A DNA stretch of 64,000 bases. Origin: Podarcis tiliguerta (lineage: Eukaryota). Below, piece by piece: positions 38,362 to 48,299 of the stretch (position 1 is the stretch's first letter; each line of letters opens with the position of its first letter). The position numbers and the translations under genes were made by a program. A model generated the notes under the pieces. That model saw only the letters and a list, made by a program, of their open reading frames with translations, was not told the DNA's origin and made no database searches. The DNA lies in NCBI GenBank assembly GCA_965153285.1, contig OZ229122.1. One strand, 5' to 3'.

Positions 38362-41300
38362 TTCCTCCACCACCAGCTCCTCTACACATGAGATTTAGAA
38401 ATTCACTTCAAATAATCTGGATTTCTTCACACCCTCAAGGAAATCTCCTTCAGCTATCTCATTTCTCAGCTATCAGAGAAATGTTTTTCTCTGTCCTGAG
38501 ACAACATGCTTCTTATCTGAAAGTCAGGGGTTGCAGGTGCTCAAACAATATACAGCTACTAAGTGTTAGGTTAGTAGCCACTAGATTCTACAATAATAAT
38601 CTAAGGATCACTGAAGCGGCTCGGGAGTTCCCCTTTTGTTAAGGTGAGTAGCAAAAACCAAACAAATACATTTTGCTAGTATAAACCTAAAACTTCTGTA
38701 ACTCATCAAAATGACAATAGTTGAACTAAAAATGTAAAGCATGGCATAAATCACCCACCTGATGAAGTCTAGCCCTGTGCCAAATTTCAAAATGATCCAC
38801 TGAAAATCGCCAATGATACAGTAAGTTAAAAAGTGCTGAAAATTGACACATTGACCCCTTTTACTCCAATTTTTATACAATCTTGTCATATATTTGTTTC
38901 CAATTTGGGTGGGAAGCTATGGAGTAATTCAAGCTCCTTGAAGACATGTTTTCATTGGTTTCATGACGTTCTGAGGAGCACTTCAAACATTATTATGGTT
39001 TTATTGCCCCATTAAGGCCTATAATAGCCACTATTGGCAAAATAATATGATGTGTGTGGCGTATAAATACTGAAGCAATATTCATGGACCGTTCTTCAGT
39101 GTTTGCAGAGGGAGCCACCTAGCGAATAGGATGTGTAATGCCTGTTGTTTCAGTTGTGGGACCGACCAGGAGACACCAGCTGTTGGGCTGTGATCACATT
39201 TGGAAGCCTGATAAGTTACTGTGGGCACCGCACAGATCCCCCAAGAACATGATGTGCACATTCTCACAACCACACACATCCTAAAACACACACACATTGC
39301 TACCCCACACATCCCAGCACATACACAGAAACACACACACCAAAGACACTCCACCCAGGCATAAACAGTTTACTCACTGAAGGATTCCTGTAGCAATATG
39401 GCAAGGCTCAGGTGTTTCATAAGACATTACAGGGCCAAAACAATGTGGAGCATCTTTGCAGGTCCAGGCACTTCACTGAGGCCTGAGAGACCAAAGTAAA
39501 ATGTAGGGGCACGGATGGCAAATTTTAAGCAAGCCCAGCTTGTGATGTGGCACAACTGTTGTCGCAGCATGTTTCTCAAAGCATCGGCCTTAGCTTCCTG
39601 TTTCCTGGCTTTGTGGAGCTTGAGAGGCAGCATGAGATAGCCTTACCTCTGGTCATCCTTAACCAAAAGGTCTCTTGATCGCTGAATTGCAAAGCCTTCC
39701 ACCAGTTGAGGGTAAGTGTGCTTTTAATAAAGGCACCTGCTCTTCCTTTACTTTCCAGCACTCCACGTGGATCTTCAAGTCAAAAGAGCTGATGTTCAAA
39801 TCGGCCTCCTCCATTCCTGAAGGCAGCTTGGTCTACGTCAGTGAAGGGAATGAAGCTTTCTTCCGAACCCCCAAGGGATGGAGCAGGCTTCTGGTAGGAA
39901 AACATTGGGACACTGATGTGCATGACTCTGTAGATGTGCAGGACTCAGACTCACTCAGTATCTGATACACAAGCATCTGGTTGGCCACTATATGAAACAG
40001 GAGAAGGGACAGCCACTTACCAGGGATGATGTTGTAGTGGGTTTATTGCATCAGCAGGAGGTAGGACTGCTCTGGACTGTTTAGACCCTTTGCCCTGATC
40101 CAAGAGGGCTGCTCAGCTGCTCTCTTTATTTTTAAAAATCAGGATGAGATTAAGTTATGCTTGCTTGAGCTACCTGGGCAATGCTTGCCCTGATGGCATT
40201 TTTAAAAAAACTTTTCGCACATGAGAACAAATGCTCGTTTTTTTACACATTTCGGTCCAGCCTTATCCCTGTTATGTTTCTATTGTCTCTTGATCAGCTG
40301 GAGGATTCAGAGTCTTTACTGGTTGGAGATGACCCTTCGGTGTCTACAGACAGAAATCAGGTGTGGACTTCTTCCAACTTGTAATGCTTTGCCACTGCCT
40401 GTTCAGCAGGTCTCCTGGGTTTTGCTGTGGTATAAGTTAAAGGGCTGAAAGTGGGGAGAGCAAAGAAACCGAAAGCCCATAAAATATTATACCCATTTGG
40501 GTGGCGCACTTGCAGAAGAGCATAGTTAACTGTTGGATAAAGTAATGATGAAATTAAGTGATATAAACCCCTTTGAGTAACAAATTTCATCTATTTGTAA
40601 AGCACCTCGTCTACACACCAACAACTCCTTACTCCAGCCTCAGCAGGCCTATTTAATTCTTCTCAACAACTGCCCCACCACAGCTACGGACAGGCAGAAA
40701 ACTCTTACTGGGAACAGGCTGCATGTGCTGCTAGCACCTTCATCACCTTCCTAGTTCTCTTGCACTCCGTGCATAGCTAGTAGAAGGGGCAAATGGTGTC
40801 TGGGTGGCAATATTTGCTGCAGTTTATGTGTGCATGCATTCTAAGGGCTCGTTGACACAGTATTTGAGTTTCAGCTGAGTCACATTAAAAATTGTTTTGT
40901 TTCACCGTGTATCCTGTCTTCCTAGGTCCAAAACGACAAGAGCCAAGCAACCATCCAGACTGTACCACCTAGCATCCCCCAGAGGATCCCTTCAGTAAGT
41001 TCAACAGGAGAGGAGTGTAAGGCAGTCAAGCTGCTGGCACAACAGCTTGCCTTTTCTTCTTCTTTTTGAGTGTTGTCTCAGGCAAAGAATTTAGCAGCAG
41101 TGGGTGGGGAGGGACACAGGTGGCGCTGTGGTCTAAACCACTGAGCCTCTTGGGCTTGCTGATCAGAAGGTCAATTGTTCAAATCCCCACTATGGGGTGA
41201 GCTTCCGTTGCTCTGTCCCAGCTCCTGCCAACCTAGGAGTTTGAAGGCATACCAGTGCAAGTACAGTGGGACCTTGGTTCTCAAACTTAATCTGTTCCAG

Positions 41301-43531
41301 AAGTCCGTTTGACTCCCGAAACCATTCGAAAACCAAGGCACGGCTTCTCATTGGCTGCAGGAGCTTCCTGCACTCAATTAGAAGCCGCGTCGGATGTTCG
41401 GCTTCCAAAAAACGTTCGCAAACCAGAACACTCACTTCCAGGTTTGCGGCATTCAGGAGCTGATTTGTTTGGGGGCCAAGCTGTTCAACAACAAGGTACC
41501 ACTGTAGATGTATAGGTACTGCTGCGGCAGGAAGGTAAACAGCATTTCCGTGCACTCTGGTTTCCTAGTTTCCTTCATGGTGTTCTGTTGCGCCAGAAGC
41601 GGTTTAGTCATGCTAGCCACATGACACGGAAAGCTGTCAGTGGACCAACGCCTACTTCCTCGGCCTGAAAAGTGAGATGAGCGCCACAACCCCATAGTTG
41701 CCTTTGACTGGACTTAACCATCCAGGGGTCCTTTACCTTTACCATTTTTTATAGACCTTGCTGTACCAATCTCTTCTTTCTGGTGGCCCCCTTGAAGATA
41801 TGGTGCAAAACCTGGCAAGGCCATAACAAGAACCTGACTGGTTGATTGACACCACTCCTCTGGTTGATCTACTCCACCCTGTTGTCCTCCTTAGGTGTCA
41901 GGTGTTTAACTAAAATCCCTCAATTTTTCTAGCTCCGCCTAGTGGCCCTCAACATCCCCCTGACTGGTAGCATGAATGGGATTGGTGGCGTTGACCTGCG
42001 GTGCTATCGGCAGTCACAGGAGGCGAAGCTGCGTGGAACTTTCCGGGCCTTCCTGTCATCATCCACTCAAAGCCTAGTCTCCATCGTGAAGAGAGCTGAC
42101 AGGAACCTGCCTATTGTCAACCTTAAGGCTAGTAGCAACATCCTGTTGAATTCTTGATTTGATGCAGACATCTTTTCTGAGGAGAGCACTGGTACCTGAT
42201 GAAAAAGGCATGTGGTGCTTGCCTAGCAACTGCCCAACTAATTCTCATGATAAGTGATGACCCTAGCAGGCACTCCTATGTTTTTGGGAAGGGAAGGATT
42301 CTTGTGCCTTCCGCTGCTGTGGCTGAGGCACTTGGGTTGTAGAATAATGTTGTGGGGCCTACAGCCTCTGCTGACTGTTTTCTAGCTTGAAAAGCATTGT
42401 TTCTGTTGCAGGGCCAGCTGCTGGCAAAGAGTTGGAATTCCCTCTTCAGTAGTGCTGCTCGTTTCAATTCCCCAAAGTCGCCCATCTACACATTCAATGG
42501 GCGCAATGTCATGACGGATCCTATGTGGTGAGTAACATGTGGGGAGAGAAAGCATCTGTAGGGATATGTGACCATATGGGAGGTACAAGCAGGGCATCCC
42601 AAACTATATATAACTATATTCACCAGTTCCCCCATAAGTGCGACTGTACCTAATTGGGGAATATCTAGGTGGGGAAAATATTCAGGAGGCCCAGAAGGGG
42701 CAAATTAATGGGTAATGAGGTCCAGCATATTAGATTTCTGGGGAAGGTTTTTGAAGCACACAGGTGAGGAGTTCAGAACCTACATCTTGCCTATTGCATA
42801 CCTCCCCTGCTCCACAGCTTGTCTCTCCATGTGCTTTTCTTCTCCACTTACCACGAGTAATGGAAGGAACCATGACCATGGACTCAGCTATACAGCTGCA
42901 AATAAAATGTTTTAAGTGTGCTGTAAAGCACAATACACAAATCTGACACTAGATGGTGACCATGAGCTATGGCACATTCAATATATTTTTCAAAACTTTT
43001 TTTTAAATAAGCATTTTCACAGCATTTTTTTAAATATGTGTGTAGATTCCACCTATCTATGAAAAACACCTGGGCAGAGGAGCTGCTGGGAGGTGTAAAT
43101 GGAATCTGCAGGAAACACTGGGCTGGGCTTCCCTTTTGCTGTTAAATTCAGACCCAACCTCTTTCTATGCTATTGGGATGATAGTTCCACATTTAAACAC
43201 ATGCATCCACAGCCATTGTGTCTAGTTTGGCCCTTGGTAATAATGGATTGAGACAAGACAGGATGGGTGCTTTTTTGTGCCATGCAGTTGACTTCAGCTA
43301 TCCACTTTTGTATGTCCTTCTATTTCTATGTTCAGGAGACAAAAGGCAGTCTGGCATGGTGTCAAACAACTGGGAGGCCAGGCCGAAAATCAAGACTGTC
43401 AGGAGTGGCGAACAGCCTCCAGCCAGTCCAAAGGCCTTGCCTCACCTCCAGCCGGAGGCAAGTTCCTCACAGCGGACACACATAGCTGCTCAGACTTCCT
43501 GATTGTTCTGTGCGTGGAAAATGCCTTCTGA
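14335..43531 (+). CDS. Multiplexin-type collagen (collagen XV/XVIII-like, endostatin-bearing); whole gene model of 26 coding exons, about 869 aa
   Basis: Phase-consistent chain of exons (listed below) totalling 2610 nt with no internal stop: signal peptide, mucin-like stalk, Gly-X-Y segments, trimerization domain, endostatin domain. Confidence 0.85.
15525..15660 (+). mobile_element. tRNA-Lys-derived SINE with CR1-like tail
   Basis: tagctcagttggtagagcacgatactcttaatctcag..ggttcgagtccc followed by gggggttggacttagatgat..cccttccag. Confidence 0.6.
15765..15889 (+). CDS. Multiplexin-like exon 2 (Thr/Glu/Pro-rich)
   Basis: Acceptor ttttgccttcccag; [42 protein letters not shown]; donor gtaagc; phases 1 to 0. 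Confidence 0.75.
18998..19318 (-). mobile_element. Sauria SINE
   Basis: Reverse-complement copy; TSD tgcgcacctataa/tgcgcacctgtaa. Confidence 0.85.
20310..20526 (+). mobile_element. LINE (L2-like) 3' end with (TAT)n tail
   Basis: ttttagaagacatctgaaggcagccctg...gccgcccagagtggctggggaaacccagccagatggg..ttattatt. Same family at about 6145-6255, 8940-9100 (-), 26915-27303 and 38105-38361. Confidence 0.65.
21109..21466 (+). mobile_element. Sauria SINE
   Basis: Full-length copy; TSD taagcccagttct/taagccaagttct. Confidence 0.85.
22093..22228. mobile_element. hAT-type MITE
   Basis: TIR cagggtttcccaaac...gtttgggaaacattg; perfect 8-bp TSD aattagac. Confidence 0.85.
22327..22473 (+). CDS. Multiplexin-like exon 3 (acidic)
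   Basis: Acceptor tttttccccctcccag; [49 protein letters not shown]; donor gtacac; 147 nt, phase 0-0. Confidence 0.7.
23002..23070 (+). CDS. Multiplexin-like exon 4 (69-nt repeat copy 1, IRGDS)
   Basis: ttatctcag|[23 protein letters not shown]|gtacat. Confidence 0.65.
23562..23633 (+). CDS. Multiplexin-like exon 5
   Basis: Perfect branch point TACTAAC at 23533-39; ctttcag|[24 protein letters not shown]|gtgagt. Confidence 0.7.
24137..24205 (+). CDS. Multiplexin-like exon 6 (69-nt repeat copy 2, GRGDS)
   Basis: gtctcag|[23 protein letters not shown]|gtatgt. Confidence 0.7.
24864..24932 (+). CDS. Multiplexin-like exon 7 (69-nt repeat copy 3, VSGDS)
   Basis: atctcag|[23 protein letters not shown]|gtatgt. 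Confidence 0.7.
25434..25695. mobile_element. hAT-like non-autonomous element (TAGGGTTGCCA ends)
   Basis: tagggttgccat...atggcaacccta inverted ends. Confidence 0.65.
25764..25829 (+). CDS. Multiplexin-like exon 8
   Basis: ctttttgacag|[22 protein letters not shown]|gtaaaa; 66 nt. Confidence 0.65.
26038..26094 (+). CDS. Multiplexin-like exon 9 (CxC motif, start of COL1)
   Basis: ttttcttag|[19 protein letters not shown]|gtgcgc. Confidence 0.8.
27613..27777 (+). CDS. Multiplexin-like exon 10 (Gly-X-Y)
   Basis: [55 protein letters not shown]|gtgaga. Confidence 0.9.
28849..29199 (+). CDS. Multiplexin-like exon 11 (37 uninterrupted Gly-X-Y triplets)
   Basis: ttccctag|[15 protein letters not shown]...GKDGPK|gtaagc; 351 nt. 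Confidence 0.93.
29536..29776. mobile_element. Tigger-like MITE
   Basis: CAGTGGTACCTC...GAGGTACCACTG|TA. Confidence 0.75.
29840..29950 (+). CDS. Multiplexin-like exon 12 (Gly-X-Y)
   Basis: ttgcag|[37 protein letters not shown]|gtgagt. Confidence 0.92.
31698..31739 (+). CDS. Multiplexin-like exon 13
   Basis: ctttgtag|[14 protein letters not shown]|gtgagt. Confidence 0.85.
31920..32052 (-). mobile_element. Sauria SINE 5' fragment
   Basis: Reverse complement of the tRNA-like head (ggggattcgaacc; ccacagcgccacc). Confidence 0.7.
33700..33726 (+). CDS. Multiplexin-like exon 14 (27-nt microexon)
   Basis: cccttgcag|GEKGEPGER|gtacgt. Confidence 0.8.
33776..33845. repeat. (TTC)n microsatellite, about 23 units
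   Basis: Direct reading; lies inside the 154-nt intron 14. Confidence 0.95.
33881..33949 (+). CDS. Multiplexin-like exon 15 (CCxC interruption)
   Basis: tcttacccag|[23 protein letters not shown]|gtacac. Confidence 0.75.
34173..34472. mobile_element. hAT-type non-autonomous transposon
   Basis: caggggtcagcaaac...gtttgcctacccatg with perfect 8-bp TSD tcatgggc; internal repeat of cacaaataacccagagatgcattttaaataaaag. Confidence 0.8.
35012..35056 (+). CDS. Multiplexin-like exon 16
   Basis: Strong polypyrimidine tract; ccag|[15 protein letters not shown]|gtaagc. Confidence 0.75.
36072..36152 (+). CDS. Multiplexin-like exon 17 (last Gly-X-Y segment)
   Basis: ttctag|[27 protein letters not shown]|gtaagt. 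Confidence 0.9.
36412..36453 (+). CDS. Multiplexin-like exon 18 (PIPxRxHCK motif)
   Basis: tttccag|[14 protein letters not shown]|gtgagt; resembles collagen XV ..FPIPVRPHCKMP (recalled sequence). Confidence 0.85.
36688..36946. mobile_element. Tc1/mariner-pogo MITE (CCGTATTTT ends)
   Basis: TA|ccgtattttttgctctataagac...gtcttatagagcgaaaaatatgg; internal hairpin. Confidence 0.7.
37334..37361 (+). CDS. Multiplexin-like exon 19 (28 nt)
   Basis: ttcttccag|LSQDPSLDS+G|gtgcga; its phase 1 matches the next exon. Confidence 0.55.
37969..38021 (+). CDS. Multiplexin-like exon 20
   Basis: ctgtgcag|(D)[17 protein letters not shown]|gtaggt; 28+53 = 81 nt restores phase 0. Confidence 0.6.
39759..39893 (+). 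CDS. Multiplexin-like exon 21 (collagen XV/XVIII trimerization domain)
   Basis: [45 protein letters not shown] matches the PEGxLxYV...xxRxxxGWxxL pattern. Confidence 0.92.
40298..40360 (+). CDS. Multiplexin-like exon 22 (hinge)
   Basis: gatcag|[21 protein letters not shown]|gtgtgg. Confidence 0.7.
40926..40994 (+). CDS. Multiplexin-like exon 23 (hinge)
   Basis: ttcctag|[23 protein letters not shown]|gtaagt. Confidence 0.78.
41111..41743 (+). mobile_element. Sauria SINE interrupted by a MITE
   Basis: SINE head 41111-41263, SINE resumes at 41505 and runs to its cctttaccttt tail. Confidence 0.8.
41264..41504. mobile_element. Tigger-like MITE nested in a Sauria SINE
   Basis: TA|CAGTGGGACCTTGG...CAAGGTACCACTG|TA at the SINE site gcaagTAgat. 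Confidence 0.85.
41933..42127 (+). CDS. Multiplexin-like exon 24 (endostatin domain, part 1)
   Basis: [65 protein letters not shown]; predicted GC donor AAG|gctagt. Confidence 0.93.
42412..42527 (+). CDS. Multiplexin-like exon 25 (endostatin domain, part 2)
   Basis: [38 protein letters not shown](W)|gtgagt; 116 nt. Confidence 0.93.
43336..43531 (+). CDS. Multiplexin-like exon 26 (endostatin C-terminus and stop)
   Basis: RQKAVWHG...QDCQEWRT...GLAS...[16 protein letters not shown]. Confidence 0.93.
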
Positions 43532-43968
43532 GAAGAGCGCAGCTTCAGATCAGCAAGGAACAGCAGAAGGAGCCAGTTGCTTCAAAGGCTGGATCAGGAT
43601 GACCCTTAAGACACATGAGGTGGAAAATGCAGGTACTCACGCTTCCACCCCAGCTGGGAAAGAATGTTTGAGAGGAAAGAAAAACCTTGCATCGCCTGCA
43701 CCTCAGCAAGCTGCCATGTGTGCTGATATGTAGAATCAGCAGCTCACGCAGGCAGGTGCAAAAGGGGCTTCTGCTTTGTTACAATGTGTGTACCTGGACT
43801 TACATGTGCACCACCAGCACTCATGTACAGTATGCTCATATACACACTGCTGAGAGGTTTAGGAACTTTTGCTGGAGTTATGACGTGTGCTTGTTATGGA
43901 TGTGTGTTAACCCTTATGCCCACAAGAAGCTCTCACATGAAGAAACAAAGAAAGCTTGGTTTATTATA

Positions 43969-44772
43969 CAAGGTGTGACCGGAATATTCGGTGAATGGTC
44001 ACAGAAATTGGACAGTGATAAATATTCAAGCATACATACCTTACAGGCCTTCAAAGTAGGCCCCCTCTGATACAATGCACCATTGACAACATTAGTACAG
44101 TAGAACTGTTGGAAGAAGTCCTCTTTTCGTACTGCTTTCAGTTCCCTTGCAACTTGGACGTGTGAAATGTTGAAAAATCTGTGCCCTTTCAGTGCAAATT
44201 TCAGTTTTGGAAAAAGAAAGAAATCTGGTGGGACAAGATTAGGAGAATATGGAGGATGGGACAACTCAGTAACCTCAGTAATGATTTCACACGGAATATG
44301 CAATTCTTCCACCATCATTCAGACGGACAAACGCCAATCCCACATCAATAACGCACGAACTTTGTCAACATTTGCCGCCGTTCTGCTCGTTGACAATCTG
44401 CCACACCGAGGGTCATCTTCGATGGTTTGCCGCCCTTCACGGAAACACTTAAACCACTCATACACTGTCTTTCGAGTTACCACTTCATATCCGTACACAA
44501 TTGTGAGCATTTTGTGGGTTTCCGATGCTGATTTACCCAATTTGAAACAGAATTTCATATTGACTCTCTGCTCCATTTTCAATCACAACGCACTGCACTA
44601 TTAACAGCTACTAAACGCTACCACATGAACATAGGCCTGTTAACAAATGCCGAGACACGTGCACATATGTTAGCTGAAATACGGATGAATGCCTCCCACA
44701 TGTCTCCGCGAATCCAGCAGTTCCCATTATTGCAAACAGGGGTGATTCACCTTACTTTCTGGTCACACCTTG
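43969..44772 (-). mobile_element. Internally deleted mariner transposon (transposase relic)
   Basis: Imperfect TIRs CAAGGTGTGACC(G/A)GAA...GGTGAAT at both ends with TA TSD. Minus-strand MEQRVNMKFCFKLGKSASETHKML..VYEWFKCFREG..EDDPRCGR (HTH) and HPPYSPNLVPPDFFLFPKLK; most of the catalytic core is missing. Confidence 0.9.
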
Positions 44773-45640
44773 TATAAAACAGGAGCAACAGAATATATAA
44801 AAATGCTGCTTTAGACAGCAAAGTTACAGTCTAAGCAGGTAGCAAATTACAATACATACACACTTTGATTAGAGATTCCCTAACTATTCTAAAGGCCTAC
44901 AGAAGCATGGGCATGACAATTTTGTCATAAACCCACACTAGAAGCGGGGCGGGGAGGAAAGCATACCTGTCTCTAAAGCAAAGCAGACGTGTGCAGAGTC
45001 CTAAATATCTCTGGGTTAAGTGCTGTCCTGTTGGAGCTGTGAGAGCTAACAGGCCTTTGAATCTAGGTTTTTAAAATACCTTTATGCCATGATCTACGGG
45101 GATAAACCACACCATAAATTCAGATTCACACACCCCTCTTTACAGCTTCGGCACATCTCTCAGAAGATATGTGTGTGTGCATGCATTTGTGTACACGCAC
45201 TCACAGAGATACGTGTGCGTGCACATAGATTTACAACCTGTTCTCTGTTTAGCAAAAAAAGGTGGCAGAAGGGATGTATTGTGCACAGGAATTTTTATGG
45301 AATGTTGTGGCTTTTCCCCCACAGTGTTCCTGCATGGGTAAACATAGATCTCACAAAGAAAAGGCAGCATCTAGGTTGCAGACACATTTACATTTTTGGA
45401 ACTATTGAATTCTACAGCAGGGAGGTGTTAACATCTGTGGGACAGCTCCTGCACACTCCTGCACTAGCAAAATGACCTGCAACCAAAGCATTTCTGGCAG
45501 GTCGAGCATCCTCTTGAAAACAGCCCAAAGAACTGCAACAGCGACCTTTCTAGGCAGCTTGATCTGTTCCTATACTGTGTTTATAAGGCTGATACTACAC
45601 TGTTACTTATCGCAAATACTAGTAAGGCAAACCCATACAG

Positions 45641-45913
45641 TAGGGTTGCCATCCATCTGGGAAAACCTGGACATGCCAATCCAGGCGGATTTTACATTTT
45701 AAAGGAAATATCTGACTTGGAGGGGGGGGCTCGGGCTTAGGCAGATTGGACTCGGGCTGCTCTGCACACCGCAGCCACTGCCAGCCCAAGCCAGGCAAAG
45801 AGGCACACGGGGAGCAGCAGAGGCCTTGTGCACCCACGTGTCTCTTTCCCAGGCTCAGGCTCGCAGTGGCTCAGGCTGCCCTCTTTTTTGCTCTTCAATA
45901 TATGGCAACCCTA
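45641..45913. mobile_element. hAT-like non-autonomous element
   Basis: tagggttgccat...atggcaacccta; 8-bp TSD ccatacag/tcatacag. Confidence 0.75.
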
Positions 45914-46068
45914 TCATACAGTCACCTTCACACATGACATTAGGGGTTCTTGCACTTCTTGGTCTGAAAAGTTGGTAGAGTGTTCATTTAACTTCAAAAT
46001 CCCCGCCCCCGCCCCCCCATGGGAGAAAGTTTGGTTGCTTGTTTCTTTTTAAAAACTGATTCCAGTTT

Positions 46069-46074
46069 AATAAA
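46069..46074 (+). terminator. Candidate polyadenylation signal of the multiplexin-like gene
   Basis: First AATAAA I found downstream of the stop at 43531; another near 46756. Confidence 0.35.
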
Positions 46075-48299
46075 GATGCTATTTTGAATAACCTTCTCCA
46101 GCTTTCCCTAAACCTGACAAAGTTGGTTGATTTGAGCATATAGAACATCAGTTATGAGCATGATAAAGAAATGAATGAGAGGCTCTTTATGATCTACTGG
46201 GATCAGATAGTCCAGCTAAACTCAAAATACTCTCAAGAGTGACAAGAGGATCAATATATGTAGAAAATTCCCTAATTGCCACGAGGTTGTCATTCTAGCA
46301 ATGTGGAATTCATTTGTCCTGGACTCTGAACACCACCAGTGCAAATCTGGAATCATTCCATTACATCTACTAAACTTAACTGGTGAAAGGTGCCATCCGT
46401 GTAACACTTTAATTCTCTCCCCCCCTTTGATTAGTTGCAATGCAGTTACTTATTTTATTATGAAAAACAGATCCTCATTGTCCTATAATTTCCTCCCTAC
46501 AATCCTATTTCCTCTCACCTTCAACTTTTGAATCTATTCCTTGTTTCCTGACTCCTGTTTTAAGTCATTTTACTGACTGTACATTTGTTTACAATATATC
46601 AAAGTAAATTAATTTATGTTAGCACAATATATTTTTCAAGAAGTTTTTTTTTAAAGGATAGCTTAGTTGGTTAGAGGGGTTTTTAATTCCATCCATCTTT
46701 TGACATGTTTCTTCACACTGTAATAAGTCTCCATGGTGGAGAAGGTCCGATGTGAAATAAAAATTGTTCAATTGTCATTCTCTTTTGCTTCTGTGTCATG
46801 CCTTTTCAACTGTCAGCATCCAACTACTTGTGGACTTTTATATCGCACAGTAAACAAAGTTGATCAGCATAACACAACCATAAAACAGCATAAAAATACT
46901 GTCCAATGGAGTCTCACAGACAGGTCTCTCCTGGGGATTTGTGGTAGCCCAGAGCTTACTGAGGGATGTGCATTTTCTATGTATTTTAGAAATTATTGGC
47001 ATGAAGGAGCCATGACAGTGGGCTTGTCCACACTTGCCTTGGGAAAACCCACTCTTTACTGCTGAATCAGAGCACACATCAATTGGGCTTTCCGTGCATT
47101 AATGTATCCTCTGATTCAGCGATAAAGAGTGAGTTTTCCCAGGAGAAGTGATGGAGCAAACGGAAAACCACTTGGTCTCGTGCTTTCTAGGAGTGAGACA
47201 AGCAAAGCGTGGACAAGTCCTGTCTTACACCAAAAGAAAGGAAACATTGGGCAAGACACAAATCTCCTAGAGCAGTAGTCTTGAACTGATGGGTCAGGAG
47301 GACCTACTATTAGGTTATGGCCTGATCTAAGGTGGGTCACAACAGCAGTGTTACCATCATGCAAAATATGGCTTAAAAAAGCCATAAGAAATGGGTCCCC
47401 AAATGCATGTTTGGCTTGAAGTGGGGTCCTGAATTTGAACAGGTTGAAGGCAACTTAGAGATATGCATGTGCATATCATTTGTGATGACCCAAAGCTTAG
47501 CATACCCGGAGTTACTCATTTTTGGTCACCACACATGAATGAGCATTTCCAAAACGAAAACTACAGGGGTTTTGAATGGACAGGATTCCTTCGTTGAAGT
47601 CAACTGGGCAGCTTCCCAGTCACCAAGACAAATCATACAAAGCAAATTTTGGGGTGCACCTTTAGTTTCCTACCAAGTTTAACAATGAGGCTGCTTCAAA
47701 CTTTACTGGTGAATAAGGAGCTGAGAAAAACAGTAACTGACTTCAGAATGACATGGAAATGTCCATCATTACATAAGTCACGATGATGGTGGGAATGATT
47801 TGCTTTAAGATTATATGTATTGTTCAGCAAGTCAGGCCGAAAGGCAATAACGGGCCAGGGCCAACCCACCCATGAGGCAAGGTGAGGCGACCGCCTCAGA
47901 CAGCAGGATCCACAGGGGCACCAGAGCCAGGCTCCAAGAAATGCATCACCCACTGCTGCTGTGGCGCACTCATTGAAGGCCAGATTTGCTCCCCCTCCAT
48001 GCCACCTCTACAATTCCCTTTTGGTCAATAGGAGGCACTGCTCGTCTCCTCCCTCCGTTTTCCGCCTTCCCCCCTTTTTCCCTTGAGGTGGGGAGGGGAG
48101 GGCGGTGGGCGCCATTTTGTGGTTCGCCTCAGGTAACTGTGGCCCGTCAGGCTCCATGTCCACTACGTCACACTGACTTTAAATGCATGAGGGAGAAAGG
48201 GGGAAAAATCATTGCACTGTTATATACTGAGTGCCAGCAAACATCTAACAAACAATTAACGAAGAATAACGATAACTTTTAACGAGCGCCTACAAAACA

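Noticed and set aside
14335-43531. Assigning the symbol COL15A1 or COL18A1
   Set aside because: Length, missing TSPN, mixed diagnostic residues and synteny fit neither gene; a phylogeny is needed.
43914-44582. Domesticated SETMAR-like transposase gene
   Set aside because: Split across frames, catalytic core deleted, TIRs retained and no fused domain.
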